This document shows, piece after piece, positions 8,258 to 16,125 of a stretch of DNA of 16,125 bases (the stretch's first letter is position 1; every line of letters starts with the position of its first letter). The DNA comes from Promethearchaeota archaeon (lineage in GTDB: Archaea > Asgardarchaeota > Lokiarchaeia > Sigyniarchaeales > SOKP01). The translations under genes and the position numbers were made by a program. The notes below the pieces were generated by a model that saw nothing but the letters and a program-made list of their open reading frames with translations, was not told where the DNA came from and did no database searches. The stretch is taken from positions 1 through 16,125 of the forward strand of contig JABXKD010000080.1 in assembly GCA_013375475.1 (NCBI GenBank). Reading direction: 5' to 3'.

Positions 8258-8343
8258 ATTCTTTCACTTAACTCTGTTAATGATTAATGATTTTATATTA
8301 TTATTTCTTATCAGTTTTAATTATTCTTTAATAAAAACTCTTT

Positions 8344-8349
8344 TTTATA
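8344..8349 (+). promoter_or_regulatory. TATA box candidate, leaderless-type spacing
   Basis: TTTATA begins 30 nt upstream of the dut ATG; no Shine-Dalgarno evident. Confidence 0.4.
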
Positions 8350-8373
8350 TTTGGAAATATAAGATGTACTAAG

Positions 8374-8883
8374 ATGAAAGAGGATACAAACAAGTTGACG
8401 ATCCCTTTTAAGAAAATTAATAAGGAAGCTATCGTCCCTAAACCGTCAAAGAAAGGAGATGCTGGTGCTGACGCACACATTTTAGGTTTTAAGAAAATTA
8501 TCAACGAGAACGGTAAAAAAGAATTGTTAGAAATTAATTCTGACTCCTATACTCTCAAACCTTTAGAGCGAATCGGTTGTCCTTTGGGGTTTGCAACAGC
8601 AATCCCAGAAGGATATTACTTCAAGGTCGTTCCTCGAAGTGGATTAGGTTTATGGGAGGGGTTGTCTATTGTAAATTCTCCCGGAACAATTGACACTGGG
8701 TATAGAAACGAATGGATGGCAATCGTTGTAAACCTTTCAAATACTGATGTTATTTTAAGAAAAGGAGAAAGGATATGTCAAATAATTCTAGGCAAAATTC
8801 ATGACTATGAATTTGTAGAAACTGATGAATTACCCGAATCCGAACGAGGCTTAGGAGGATTCGGCAGTACTGGTAAAAAATGA
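8374..8883 (+). CDS. dut: Trimeric dUTP diphosphatase
   Basis: All five motifs present: AGAD, PRSG, GTIDTGYRNE, ERICQ, RGLGGFGSTG. Confidence 0.96.
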   Translation: MKEDTNKLTIPFKKINKEAIVPKPSKKGDAGADAHILGFKKIINENGKKELLEINSDSYTLKPLERIGCPLGFATAIPEGYYFKVVPRSGLGLWEGLSIVNSPGTIDTGYRNEWMAIVVNLSNTDVILRKGERICQIILGKIHDYEFVETDELPESERGLGGFGSTGKK

Positions 8884-8896
8884 AATAAATTAAATA

Positions 8897-8902
8897 TTTA
8901 TA
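8897..8902 (+). promoter_or_regulatory. TATA box candidate, leaderless-type spacing
   Basis: TTTATA begins 29 nt upstream of the ATG at 8926 and is preceded by AAATA. Confidence 0.4.
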
Positions 8903-8925
8903 CCAAATATTTTAACTATAATATT

Positions 8926-9132
8926 ATGTCAGAATTATCAATAGAAGAAGAATTCATTATCAAGAAGCTAGAAGAAAACGGGGGAAAATTGAATTACAAG
9001 GAATTACAAACCTTATGTCAGGAAGAATTTGAAGGAGTCAGGTTAATTCTAAAGAAATTAAAAGAAAAAGAAATCGTGCATTATGACGGTGTTATTCCAG
9101 GTTATTCTGCTGAAATAGAGCTCAAAAGGTAA
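8926..9132 (+). CDS. Small stand-alone winged-helix-like protein
   Basis: LSxEExFIIxKLxxNGGKLxYxEL...LILKKLKEKEIV followed by a beta hairpin, a wHTH-like pattern. Confidence 0.65.
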   Translation: MSELSIEEEFIIKKLEENGGKLNYKELQTLCQEEFEGVRLILKKLKEKEIVHYDGVIPGYSAEIELKR

Positions 9133-9170
9133 ATTTCTCTGAAGAATTCATTGCAAATAAAATAATCCTG

Positions 9171-9317
9171 TTAACTCTCTAAAATTATTTTTTCTATAAC
9201 AATTGAGAGTTTATCTAGTTGAAATGGCTTTTCAAGAAAGTATTTTGCTCCCAAAGCTAACGCTTTATCTTTTACAGAATAATCTGCGCTAAAAAAAATT
9301 ATTTTACTCTCATTATT
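9171..9317 (-). pseudogene. 3' remnant of a CheY-like response-regulator receiver gene
   Basis: SKIIFFSAD...KALALGAKYFLEKPFQLDKL matches receiver beta4-alpha4-beta5(KPF)-alpha5. No DD pocket or phospho-acceptor Asp segment was found upstream. Confidence 0.7.
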
Positions 9318-9456
9318 GGCTACCCAACCTTGATCAATATCGATAACACCCTTAATAAATTCTTCTCTGAAAAAGTCCGAAAAGAAATAAAAAAAACTCA
9401 TATTTCAAGCATAATTTTATTAAATTAATTATTCTATAGTAAAAAAAATCTAGTAA

Positions 9457-10980
9457 TTGATTTTAAAATTGACTGAGAACTCAGAAAAAGAAAAAAACAA
9501 CCTGCATTTTTTACATCAATTTCTTAATCCAAAAAGTATTGCGATATTTGGTGCAAATGATAATTTACTTACAACGATGGGTTCAATGCAGCTACGAAAC
9601 ATAATAGTTGGAAGGGGATTTATTAATAATCTTTATCCCATACATCCTCGACTAGAAATTGTTCAAGGATTGAAGGCATATAAATCTGTAAAAGATTTAC
9701 CAATAACACCTGATCTCGCCTTTCTTATATTACCTACACATGTAGTTCCTCAAGTTATGGAGGAATGTGGTCAAAAAGGAATTAAAAACCTACTAATAAC
9801 TTCAGGTGGATTTAGAGAGATTGGAGAAGAGGGAATTAAGTTCTCAAAAAAGATCGACGATATTGCTAAAAAATATAATATGCGGTTTATTGGTCCGAAC
9901 TGCCTAGGAATTTATAATGCCTGGTATGGATTTCCTGAAAGAGAGGATGCTTATCTGAATACTTTTTGGCCCTACGCAACACCAAAAAGAGGAAATATTT
10001 CAATAATAAGCCAATCAGGTACAATCGCGGCTCAAACTTTCTGGCATGCGAAAGAAATGGGTGTAAACATTGGTACATCAATTTCAATAGGTAATGAACA
10101 AAATATCGATATGGTCGATTTTCTACAATACTTTAAGGATGATCCCCACACCGAGGTAATTGGGCTTTATATCGAAGAAATCAAACGAGGAAAAGAGTTT
10201 ATTAAAGTTGCAAAGGAAATCACCCCTTTTAAACCAATTGTGGCAATTTATACCGGTGGAACTATTGCCGCAAATAGGTCGATTAAAAGTCACACAGGTT
10301 CTCTAAGTGGTAATCAAAAAATTTATGATGCTGTTTTCAAAGATTCAGGTATAATTCCAACAAATTCCGTTAAGGATTTCTTATACTATTTGAGAACATT
10401 ATCGTTTGCTCAAAAATACAACGTATTTATGAAAGGTAAACGGGTTGGAATTATTACCGATTCAGGAGGTAGTGGTTCAATGATGGCAAAATCTTTAGAA
10501 CTCTATGGATTAGAGGTTCCAGAATTTTCTACGCAACTAAAGGATGAGTTATCAGAATTGATACCATTTACTGCAAGCGCGAACAATCCTATCGATGTTA
10601 CTTTCGATGCAAACTTCTTTAACCTATTCTATAAATTTCCTAAAATGTTGATGAAATCAGGAGAAATTGATGGGATAATTGTATGGGGACTCTTTGATTT
10701 TGATGATGTAATGGAAACAATTGAAAACTCTGGTATGGTGATCGACGAAAATTTAAAAAAAATGTCTTTTATGTTAGAAAGATCTGTCTTAAAACCTGTT
10801 AAGAGACTAATGCAGAAATATTCTGTCCCTGTTTATTTTAGTGGACCTTTCCCATACAAATTTCCTTGGTTTCAAAAATTCATATCATCAGACTTACCTA
10901 CTTTTGATTTTTGGGATGCTCCACCAAAATGTTTAAAAGTACTTTATCAGTATTCAGAACACAGAACAAAACATACCTAA
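9457..10980 (+). CDS. acdA: Acyl-CoA synthetase (ADP/NDP-forming), alpha subunit
   Basis: PKSIAIFGA CoA-binding fold, SGGFREIG, IGPNCLG, SQSG, SIGNE, phospho-His motif SHTGSL, SGG, NNPIDVT. The start may be the TTG at 9457 or 9469. Confidence 0.9.
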   Translation: MILKLTENSEKEKNNLHFLHQFLNPKSIAIFGANDNLLTTMGSMQLRNIIVGRGFINNLYPIHPRLEIVQGLKAYKSVKDLPITPDLAFLILPTHVVPQVMEECGQKGIKNLLITSGGFREIGEEGIKFSKKIDDIAKKYNMRFIGPNCLGIYNAWYGFPEREDAYLNTFWPYATPKRGNISIISQSGTIAAQTFWHAKEMGVNIGTSISIGNEQNIDMVDFLQYFKDDPHTEVIGLYIEEIKRGKEFIKVAKEITPFKPIVAIYTGGTIAANRSIKSHTGSLSGNQKIYDAVFKDSGIIPTNSVKDFLYYLRTLSFAQKYNVFMKGKRVGIITDSGGSGSMMAKSLELYGLEVPEFSTQLKDELSELIPFTASANNPIDVTFDANFFNLFYKFPKMLMKSGEIDGIIVWGLFDFDDVMETIENSGMVIDENLKKMSFMLERSVLKPVKRLMQKYSVPVYFSGPFPYKFPWFQKFISSDLPTFDFWDAPPKCLKVLYQYSEHRTKHT

Positions 10981-11110
10981 CAAATTTTTTATTTTAGATA
11001 GTCAAACGCACTTTGAGAATAAAGAGAATATTAAAAAATACTGAATTTATTACTTTACTAATTTAATAAAATGAAAATAGAATCAATTGGATTCTTATTA
11101 ATTAAGAATT

Positions 11111-14110
11111 TTGAAAAGCCCTAATAATGAAGCAGAGGAATTTTTCCTCCGTCAAGATAATTATAGACTAATTTTTGACAAGACTCCAATTTCTATCGTA
11201 CTAATAGATATTAGTAGTCAAGTTGTAGAAGTGAATTCTGCTACTTTAAATCTTTTTGGTTTTAAAAGAGAAACCTTAATTGGTCGTCAGTTTTCCGAAC
11301 TCTACGTTGTTCCCGAAGATAAAATGGCCCATATGAAAAAAGTCTTCACACATTTATTCGAGGGGGGTATATTCGGCCCGGAAGATATTCAAATCTATAA
11401 TTATGATAAAAAACTCATTTGGGTTAATGTAACTGCATCAAAAATTGAGCTTGATAATAAAAGTTATATTCAAGTCTTAACACAAGACATAAGTTTACGC
11501 AAGAGTTTAGAACAAGAAGTAAAAGAATCTGAAGAAAAATATCGAGTTTTAGCAGATTCTCTTCCAGAGGTTATTTTTGATATTGACTTAGCTTTTAATG
11601 TAACTTATACCAATTTAATCGCTTCAAAAATATTCGGTTATACACAAGAAGAATTCAGAGATGGCATGAATATTTTTCAATTCATATCTTTAGACGATAA
11701 AGAAGTGGTTCTAAAACAAACTAAGCAAATTTTTAGGGGAGAATATGTAAAACCATTAATATTGAATTTAAAGAGAAAAGATGGAACATCTTTTTTTGCT
11801 AATGTTTACGCAAGCCGAATTTTCAAAGACAGTAAAGTTATTGGAGTTAGGTGTATAATTCACGACATTACAGAAATGAAAATTGCTCAGGAAAAAATAA
11901 TAGAATCAGAAGAAAAGTATAGATTATTATCAGAAAATGCCCAAGATTTAATAACAGTGCTTGATAATCACTTAAAAATAGTTTATATCAACGAAAAAGC
12001 TCATAAAAGATTGATGGGATATTCTTCAGAGGAATTATTAGGTAAAAAAGTATTAGATCTTATTCACCCTGATGATCGAGAATTAGTCATAAAAGCATTA
12101 ACAGACAGGTATAAGTCCATTGAAACAAGGATTAGAAATAATAATGGTAAGTATGTTTGGATGGAAACAACTGCTGATTACTATAAAAATCCAGATGGGA
12201 ATAACTATGTTCTCACTATTGCAAGAGATATAAGTGAAAGAAAGGAAGCTGCTCAAAATTTAATTGAATCAGAAAAGAAATACAAAGATTTAGCAAACTC
12301 ATTGCCAGAAGTTATCTTTGAAATAGATTTAAATTTCAAATTAGTCTATACCAATGCAATCGCTTCAGAAATATTCGGATATTCCCATGAAGACTTCAAA
12401 AAAGGATTAAATGCAAATGATTTCATTCGAGAAGAAGATAGAGATGAAGTTATTGGGAACCTTAACCTAATATTTAGGGGTAAAACTGTCGATCCTGGTA
12501 TAATGCAATTCAGAAAAAAAGACGGGACTCTTTTTTACGGAACTATTAAAGCTACCCCGATTTATAAGGGTTCAAAAATTGTAGGCATGCGGAGTATAAT
12601 CCACGATGTTACTGAAATGGTTAAAGCTGAAGAAAGAATTAAAGAATCTGAAGAACAGTTCCGTACGATTACTGAACAATCTTTAATGGGAATATCTATT
12701 ATCCAAGAAGAAAAGATAAAATATGTCAATAAAACACTTGCGGACATCCTAGGATATTCTGCAAATGAACTTTTGAGTTGGCCTACAGGACAATTTTTTA
12801 AAATTATATATCCCGAAGATAAGAAAAAAGTCATTGAAATAGCAACCAAAATGGGAAAGCAAAACGAGAATAAGTTTCAATTTTATGAAGCTCGAGGTAT
12901 TCATAAAAACAGTAATATAATTTGGTTAGATGTCTACAACAAAAGTATTATGTTTCAAAATAAACCAGCTTTCTTAACATCCTACATAGATATAACTGAA
13001 AAAAAAAAGGCAAAAGAGGAATTAAAAGAATCTGAGGAAAAATATAGGGTCCTATTTGAAAAATCACCAGTTTCGATATTATTAATTGATACCTCGGGTA
13101 AAATTGAAGATTGTAATCCTTCTTTAGAAAAACTGATAAATTACAATAGAAATGAACTTATTGGTAAACATTTTGCCAATCTTAATGTAGTTCTTCCTGA
13201 ATATTTACCCATTCTATCAAAAAGGCTTAAAATTATAGCTAGCGGAGAATTGATTAATCCAATCGAGATACGATTAACGAAAAAAGATGGAAGTCTCATA
13301 TGGGTAACTATTGAATCATCATTGGTGAAATTGGAAGAAAAACCAATTCTAATGGTGATGGTTCACGATATTTCTGGTACAAAAGAATTAGAGATAAAAC
13401 TAAAGGAATTAAATGAGATGAGAAAGGAATTTATAGATAGAGCCTCTCACGAGTTAAAAACTCCAATCACAACAGTTTATGGAGCCTACCAACTTTTAGA
13501 CCTTTTACATAAAGATAATTTCAATCCAGATCAATTGGAATTATTAGAAATGGCATCTATTGGAACTAAAAGAATTAAAAAACTCGTAGACGATCTACTT
13601 GACATTTCTTTAATGGAATCTGAAACTTTTAAACTCCATAAAAGTAAAACTAACATTAGTGACATAATAATAAATTGCATCAAAGAAATGAAGTACTTTA
13701 GCAACAAGCGCAACCACCAAATAAACCTTGATATTATACCTGATCTTTATATGAACATAGACGAGTCTCGAATAGAACTTGTTTTAACAAATATTATTTC
13801 AAACGCAATAAAATACACTCCTCCTAATGGGAAAATTAGTATTAAATTGAAGGCTGATGCTCATTTTGCCCATATAGAAATTAAGGACTCAGGAGTTGGA
13901 TTAACAAAAGAGGAAATTGACAATCTATTCAAAAAATTCAGTACAATTGAGTCTCCACTCAAAAAAGATCTTGACATGGATTTAGGAAGTACGGGATTAG
14001 GATTGTTTTTATCTAAGGAAATTATTAAACTCCACCGAGGAGACATTTGGGCTGAATCTGAAGGAAAAAGTAAAGGTTCTAAGTTTATAGTTAAGATTCC
14101 CATTAACTAA
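11111..14110 (+). CDS. Soluble sensor histidine kinase with six PAS domains
   Basis: Six PAS units ending QDIS, HDIT, RDIS, HDVT, IDIT, HDIS, with ESE(E/K) linkers. HisKA ASHELKTP; HATPase boxes NIISNAIKY, DSGVG, STGLGL. No transmembrane segment. Confidence 0.95.
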   Translation: MKSPNNEAEEFFLRQDNYRLIFDKTPISIVLIDISSQVVEVNSATLNLFGFKRETLIGRQFSELYVVPEDKMAHMKKVFTHLFEGGIFGPEDIQIYNYDKKLIWVNVTASKIELDNKSYIQVLTQDISLRKSLEQEVKESEEKYRVLADSLPEVIFDIDLAFNVTYTNLIASKIFGYTQEEFRDGMNIFQFISLDDKEVVLKQTKQIFRGEYVKPLILNLKRKDGTSFFANVYASRIFKDSKVIGVRCIIHDITEMKIAQEKIIESEEKYRLLSENAQDLITVLDNHLKIVYINEKAHKRLMGYSSEELLGKKVLDLIHPDDRELVIKALTDRYKSIETRIRNNNGKYVWMETTADYYKNPDGNNYVLTIARDISERKEAAQNLIESEKKYKDLANSLPEVIFEIDLNFKLVYTNAIASEIFGYSHEDFKKGLNANDFIREEDRDEVIGNLNLIFRGKTVDPGIMQFRKKDGTLFYGTIKATPIYKGSKIVGMRSIIHDVTEMVKAEERIKESEEQFRTITEQSLMGISIIQEEKIKYVNKTLADILGYSANELLSWPTGQFFKIIYPEDKKKVIEIATKMGKQNENKFQFYEARGIHKNSNIIWLDVYNKSIMFQNKPAFLTSYIDITEKKKAKEELKESEEKYRVLFEKSPVSILLIDTSGKIEDCNPSLEKLINYNRNELIGKHFANLNVVLPEYLPILSKRLKIIASGELINPIEIRLTKKDGSLIWVTIESSLVKLEEKPILMVMVHDISGTKELEIKLKELNEMRKEFIDRASHELKTPITTVYGAYQLLDLLHKDNFNPDQLELLEMASIGTKRIKKLVDDLLDISLMESETFKLHKSKTNISDIIINCIKEMKYFSNKRNHQINLDIIPDLYMNIDESRIELVLTNIISNAIKYTPPNGKISIKLKADAHFAHIEIKDSGVGLTKEEIDNLFKKFSTIESPLKKDLDMDLGSTGLGLFLSKEIIKLHRGDIWAESEGKSKGSKFIVKIPIN

Positions 14111-14239
14111 AATTTAAAAAATTGAGATAATTCTTTGAATAACTTCTTATTTTTTATAATTAGATGCTTAAAAAACCCATATTTAATAATATGAACTCTA
14201 TTTATATTTTAAAGCAATTGTATTAAAAAGGTCATTTTA

Positions 14240-15244
14240 ATGTCGCTTGAATTTTATAATCCCCCCTTGAGAATATTTAGTTCTTCAAGTACCAAAAAAG
14301 GTGTAGAAATAGGAGGAGCCAAATCGATCATCAGCATAGATAGTGAACATAATTTCTACAACGAAGGAAATATCTATACTGAGATGTCTTGGGCTGCTTT
14401 TTACGAAGAAGAAGGATTAGAGGATAGTATTGATACATTTACTACCACTGAATATGATTCGATCAGAGAAGATCCAGAAGCATTAGTAGATACGATTGTT
14501 AAGACCATCTATCAGATTATTAACAATCGAAAAATTTTTTATGGAATCGCCGATTTTGAAGTAGATGCATTTCTAGACGCAAATACAACTGTTATCCCTG
14601 GATTAAAGTTAGATTATGAGATTATTAATAAATTATTGGAAGCTCATAAAAGATCCCGAGAAAAAGATTTGTTTCCTAAAATTATTAGCGACTCTCATGA
14701 TATTAAAAAAATAAAAATTGAATTTCAAGGGACTAAAAAAGCGAATGTTCATATAATGGGTTCAAAATTAGAAGACCTTATCAATAAATTGCGCTTGGCC
14801 AAGGGATTTGCTGTAGGAATTGTATGTACCTCAAGAAACGCAGCCAATATGTATATTATGAGCGACAACATCGTTTTTAGCAAGGATGAAATAGCCGAAG
14901 TGTATATCGATGATGAGAATATCAAAGTAATCGAATACGGAATTAAAAAGAAATTATTATTCCCAATTAGCTGGTTTAGAATTGATATAGGCATACGATC
15001 ATTAGAAACTTTAGAGTTTTGGGACCAAATTAAAGATAGTCCCGACCTTAACAAAGCTTTCGGCCATTACGAACGCTATATAAACGCTTTAGTCTATAAA
15101 AAATTTAAATCGCAGGCAGAATCTCAAAAAATTGGGACAGATTCCGAAGATGATTTCTATAAGATGAGTCCTAAAGAGAGAAAAAAAGCGCTAAAAGACA
15201 TGGAAAAAGCCATAGAGTTCTTAGATAAAGAATACAAAGAATAA
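14240..15244 (+). CDS. Hypothetical protein (334 aa), no family recognised
   Basis: Long intact ORF with composition like its neighbours; soluble alpha/beta character. Confidence 0.85.
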   Translation: MSLEFYNPPLRIFSSSSTKKGVEIGGAKSIISIDSEHNFYNEGNIYTEMSWAAFYEEEGLEDSIDTFTTTEYDSIREDPEALVDTIVKTIYQIINNRKIFYGIADFEVDAFLDANTTVIPGLKLDYEIINKLLEAHKRSREKDLFPKIISDSHDIKKIKIEFQGTKKANVHIMGSKLEDLINKLRLAKGFAVGIVCTSRNAANMYIMSDNIVFSKDEIAEVYIDDENIKVIEYGIKKKLLFPISWFRIDIGIRSLETLEFWDQIKDSPDLNKAFGHYERYINALVYKKFKSQAESQKIGTDSEDDFYKMSPKERKKALKDMEKAIEFLDKEYKE

Positions 15245-15248
15245 ACTA

Positions 15249-15554
15249 TTACTTTTTTACTACTTTTGATGTTTTAAAATATCCATCCTTAGTGTGCTTA
15301 GCGTTCTTTAGTGCATCTTCATTTGAAAGCGATTTCCAAGGAATATCTTTTCTAAAAACATTTTTAAGGCCTTCAATTGGGTGCGTCATTGGTTTAACAT
15401 CTGAAGTATCTAAATCGTTTAGCTTTTTAAAGTAATCAAGAATATCTCCTAGTTGTTTAGCTAGTTTGTTTTTCTCTTCTTCAGATAAATCTAACAATGC
15501 TAACTTCGAGATATGCTCTAATGTTTCTTCTGAAAAATCTTCCTTCTCTGACAT
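15249..15554 (-). CDS. gatC: Asp-tRNA(Asn)/Glu-tRNA(Gln) amidotransferase subunit C
   Basis: HISKLALLDLSEEE, ILDYFKKLNDLDTSDVKPMTH, NVFRKD, ALKNA, DGYFK. Confidence 0.93.
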   Translation of the reverse strand: MSEKEDFSEETLEHISKLALLDLSEEEKNKLAKQLGDILDYFKKLNDLDTSDVKPMTHPIEGLKNVFRKDIPWKSLSNEDALKNAKHTKDGYFKTSKVVKK

Positions 15555-15704
15555 AATTAAATAATTTAAAATGCTTATTACTCCAGAAAGTATAATCCTT
15601 GGATATAATTAAGCTTGATCCTATTACGCTCTGAATTAAACTAAAAGAGAGATCATTAAATAATAATAAAAAGAGTTAATTATAATATTTTTTTTTTATT
15701 AATT

Positions 15705-16058
15705 ATGACTAACGAAGAAGATCTAAGAGATGAAATTCCATCTTATGCTTATATATCACTAGCTCGAAGAGGAATGGAAAAAATTTCATTAGACCAATGC
15801 TTTTTAAAAAATTGCGATAATAACGACTCAAAGTTACTGGAACCCTTTAAGAAAGAAGAATTCGAAAATGACAAGGAGCAAGTTCAAAAAATCTTTATTA
15901 AGTGTAAAAAGTGTGGAGGAACTTTTATATTAAAATTAAAGACAATAAAGTATGTTGCAAAATCTACTAAAGACAGCGACGAAGAACCACTTTCAATGGG
16001 ATTAGTTTACGCTTTAGACGAAGATGAAAATAATTTGGGGCATATTGGTTATTTTTAA
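15705..16058 (+). CDS. Hypothetical protein, putative zinc-binding (C-x4-C ... C-x2-C)
   Basis: 117 aa; exactly four Cys, arranged as CFLKNC and CKKCG, with beta-strand-like flanks. Confidence 0.75.
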   Translation: MTNEEDLRDEIPSYAYISLARRGMEKISLDQCFLKNCDNNDSKLLEPFKKEEFENDKEQVQKIFIKCKKCGGTFILKLKTIKYVAKSTKDSDEEPLSMGLVYALDEDENNLGHIGYF

Positions 16059-16125
16059 AATGAAATTAATGAAATAATACTAATTTTTATATAAGTGAAC
16101 TGATTTTTAATTAATATTAAAAATC

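Noticed and set aside
8881-8928. The dut TGA stop is in frame with the next gene across 14 stop-free codons, suggesting readthrough or a selenocysteine fusion
   Set aside because: dUTPase ends at its normal motif-5 terminus, the linker is promoter-like with a TATA box, and no SECIS-like structure was seen. Coincidence is the simpler explanation.
9171-9401. 76-aa ORF as an intact response regulator
   Set aside because: It lacks the N-terminal acidic pocket and the phospho-acceptor Asp, so it is treated as a remnant.
8049-15054. Short track ORFs 8049-8372, 9887-10087, 12562-12849, 13531-13713, 13861-14103, 14749-15054
   Set aside because: Antisense shadows of stronger genes.
15616-15655. Weak hairpin TGATC..CTCT..AGAG..GATCA as an ncRNA or SECIS element
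   Set aside because: Short interrupted stems, located between divergent 5' ends rather than in a 3' UTR, and no Sec-type gene nearby.
1-16125. CRISPR arrays, tRNA/rRNA genes, IS elements, integrases or defence systems
   Set aside because: No regular repeat-spacer pattern, GC-rich structured island, terminal inverted repeats or matching protein motifs were found by eye.

Overview
AT-rich, gene-dense archaeal housekeeping region. It is most consistent with an Asgard archaeon of the Lokiarchaeia type; this is inferred from oligo-T terminators, TATA/BRE-like promoters, a GGTGA-type Shine-Dalgarno, a soluble multi-PAS kinase, an ADP-forming acyl-CoA synthetase and a TPR plus winged-helix protein. 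Gene order: single-pass membrane protein with C-terminal Zn ribbon (probably 5'-truncated), xylulokinase converging on a purE-rpiA-rpe unit, thiolase, two small genes missed by the ORF track (a dodecin that appears to start at ATA, and a 35-aa membrane peptide), a GNAT plus TPR/PCI-like pair, dUTPase, a small winged-helix protein, a truncated response-regulator remnant, acyl-CoA synthetase alpha subunit, a six-PAS histidine kinase, a 334-aa unknown, gatC and a putative Zn-binding unknown. No rRNA, tRNA, CRISPR array or mobile element was seen. The main points of interest are the pentose-to-nucleotide cluster, whose XylB and RpiA look eukaryote-type, the hidden non-flavin-type dodecin, and the coupled GNAT/TPR-wH pair. 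All family calls rest on motif recognition from memory, not database searches.
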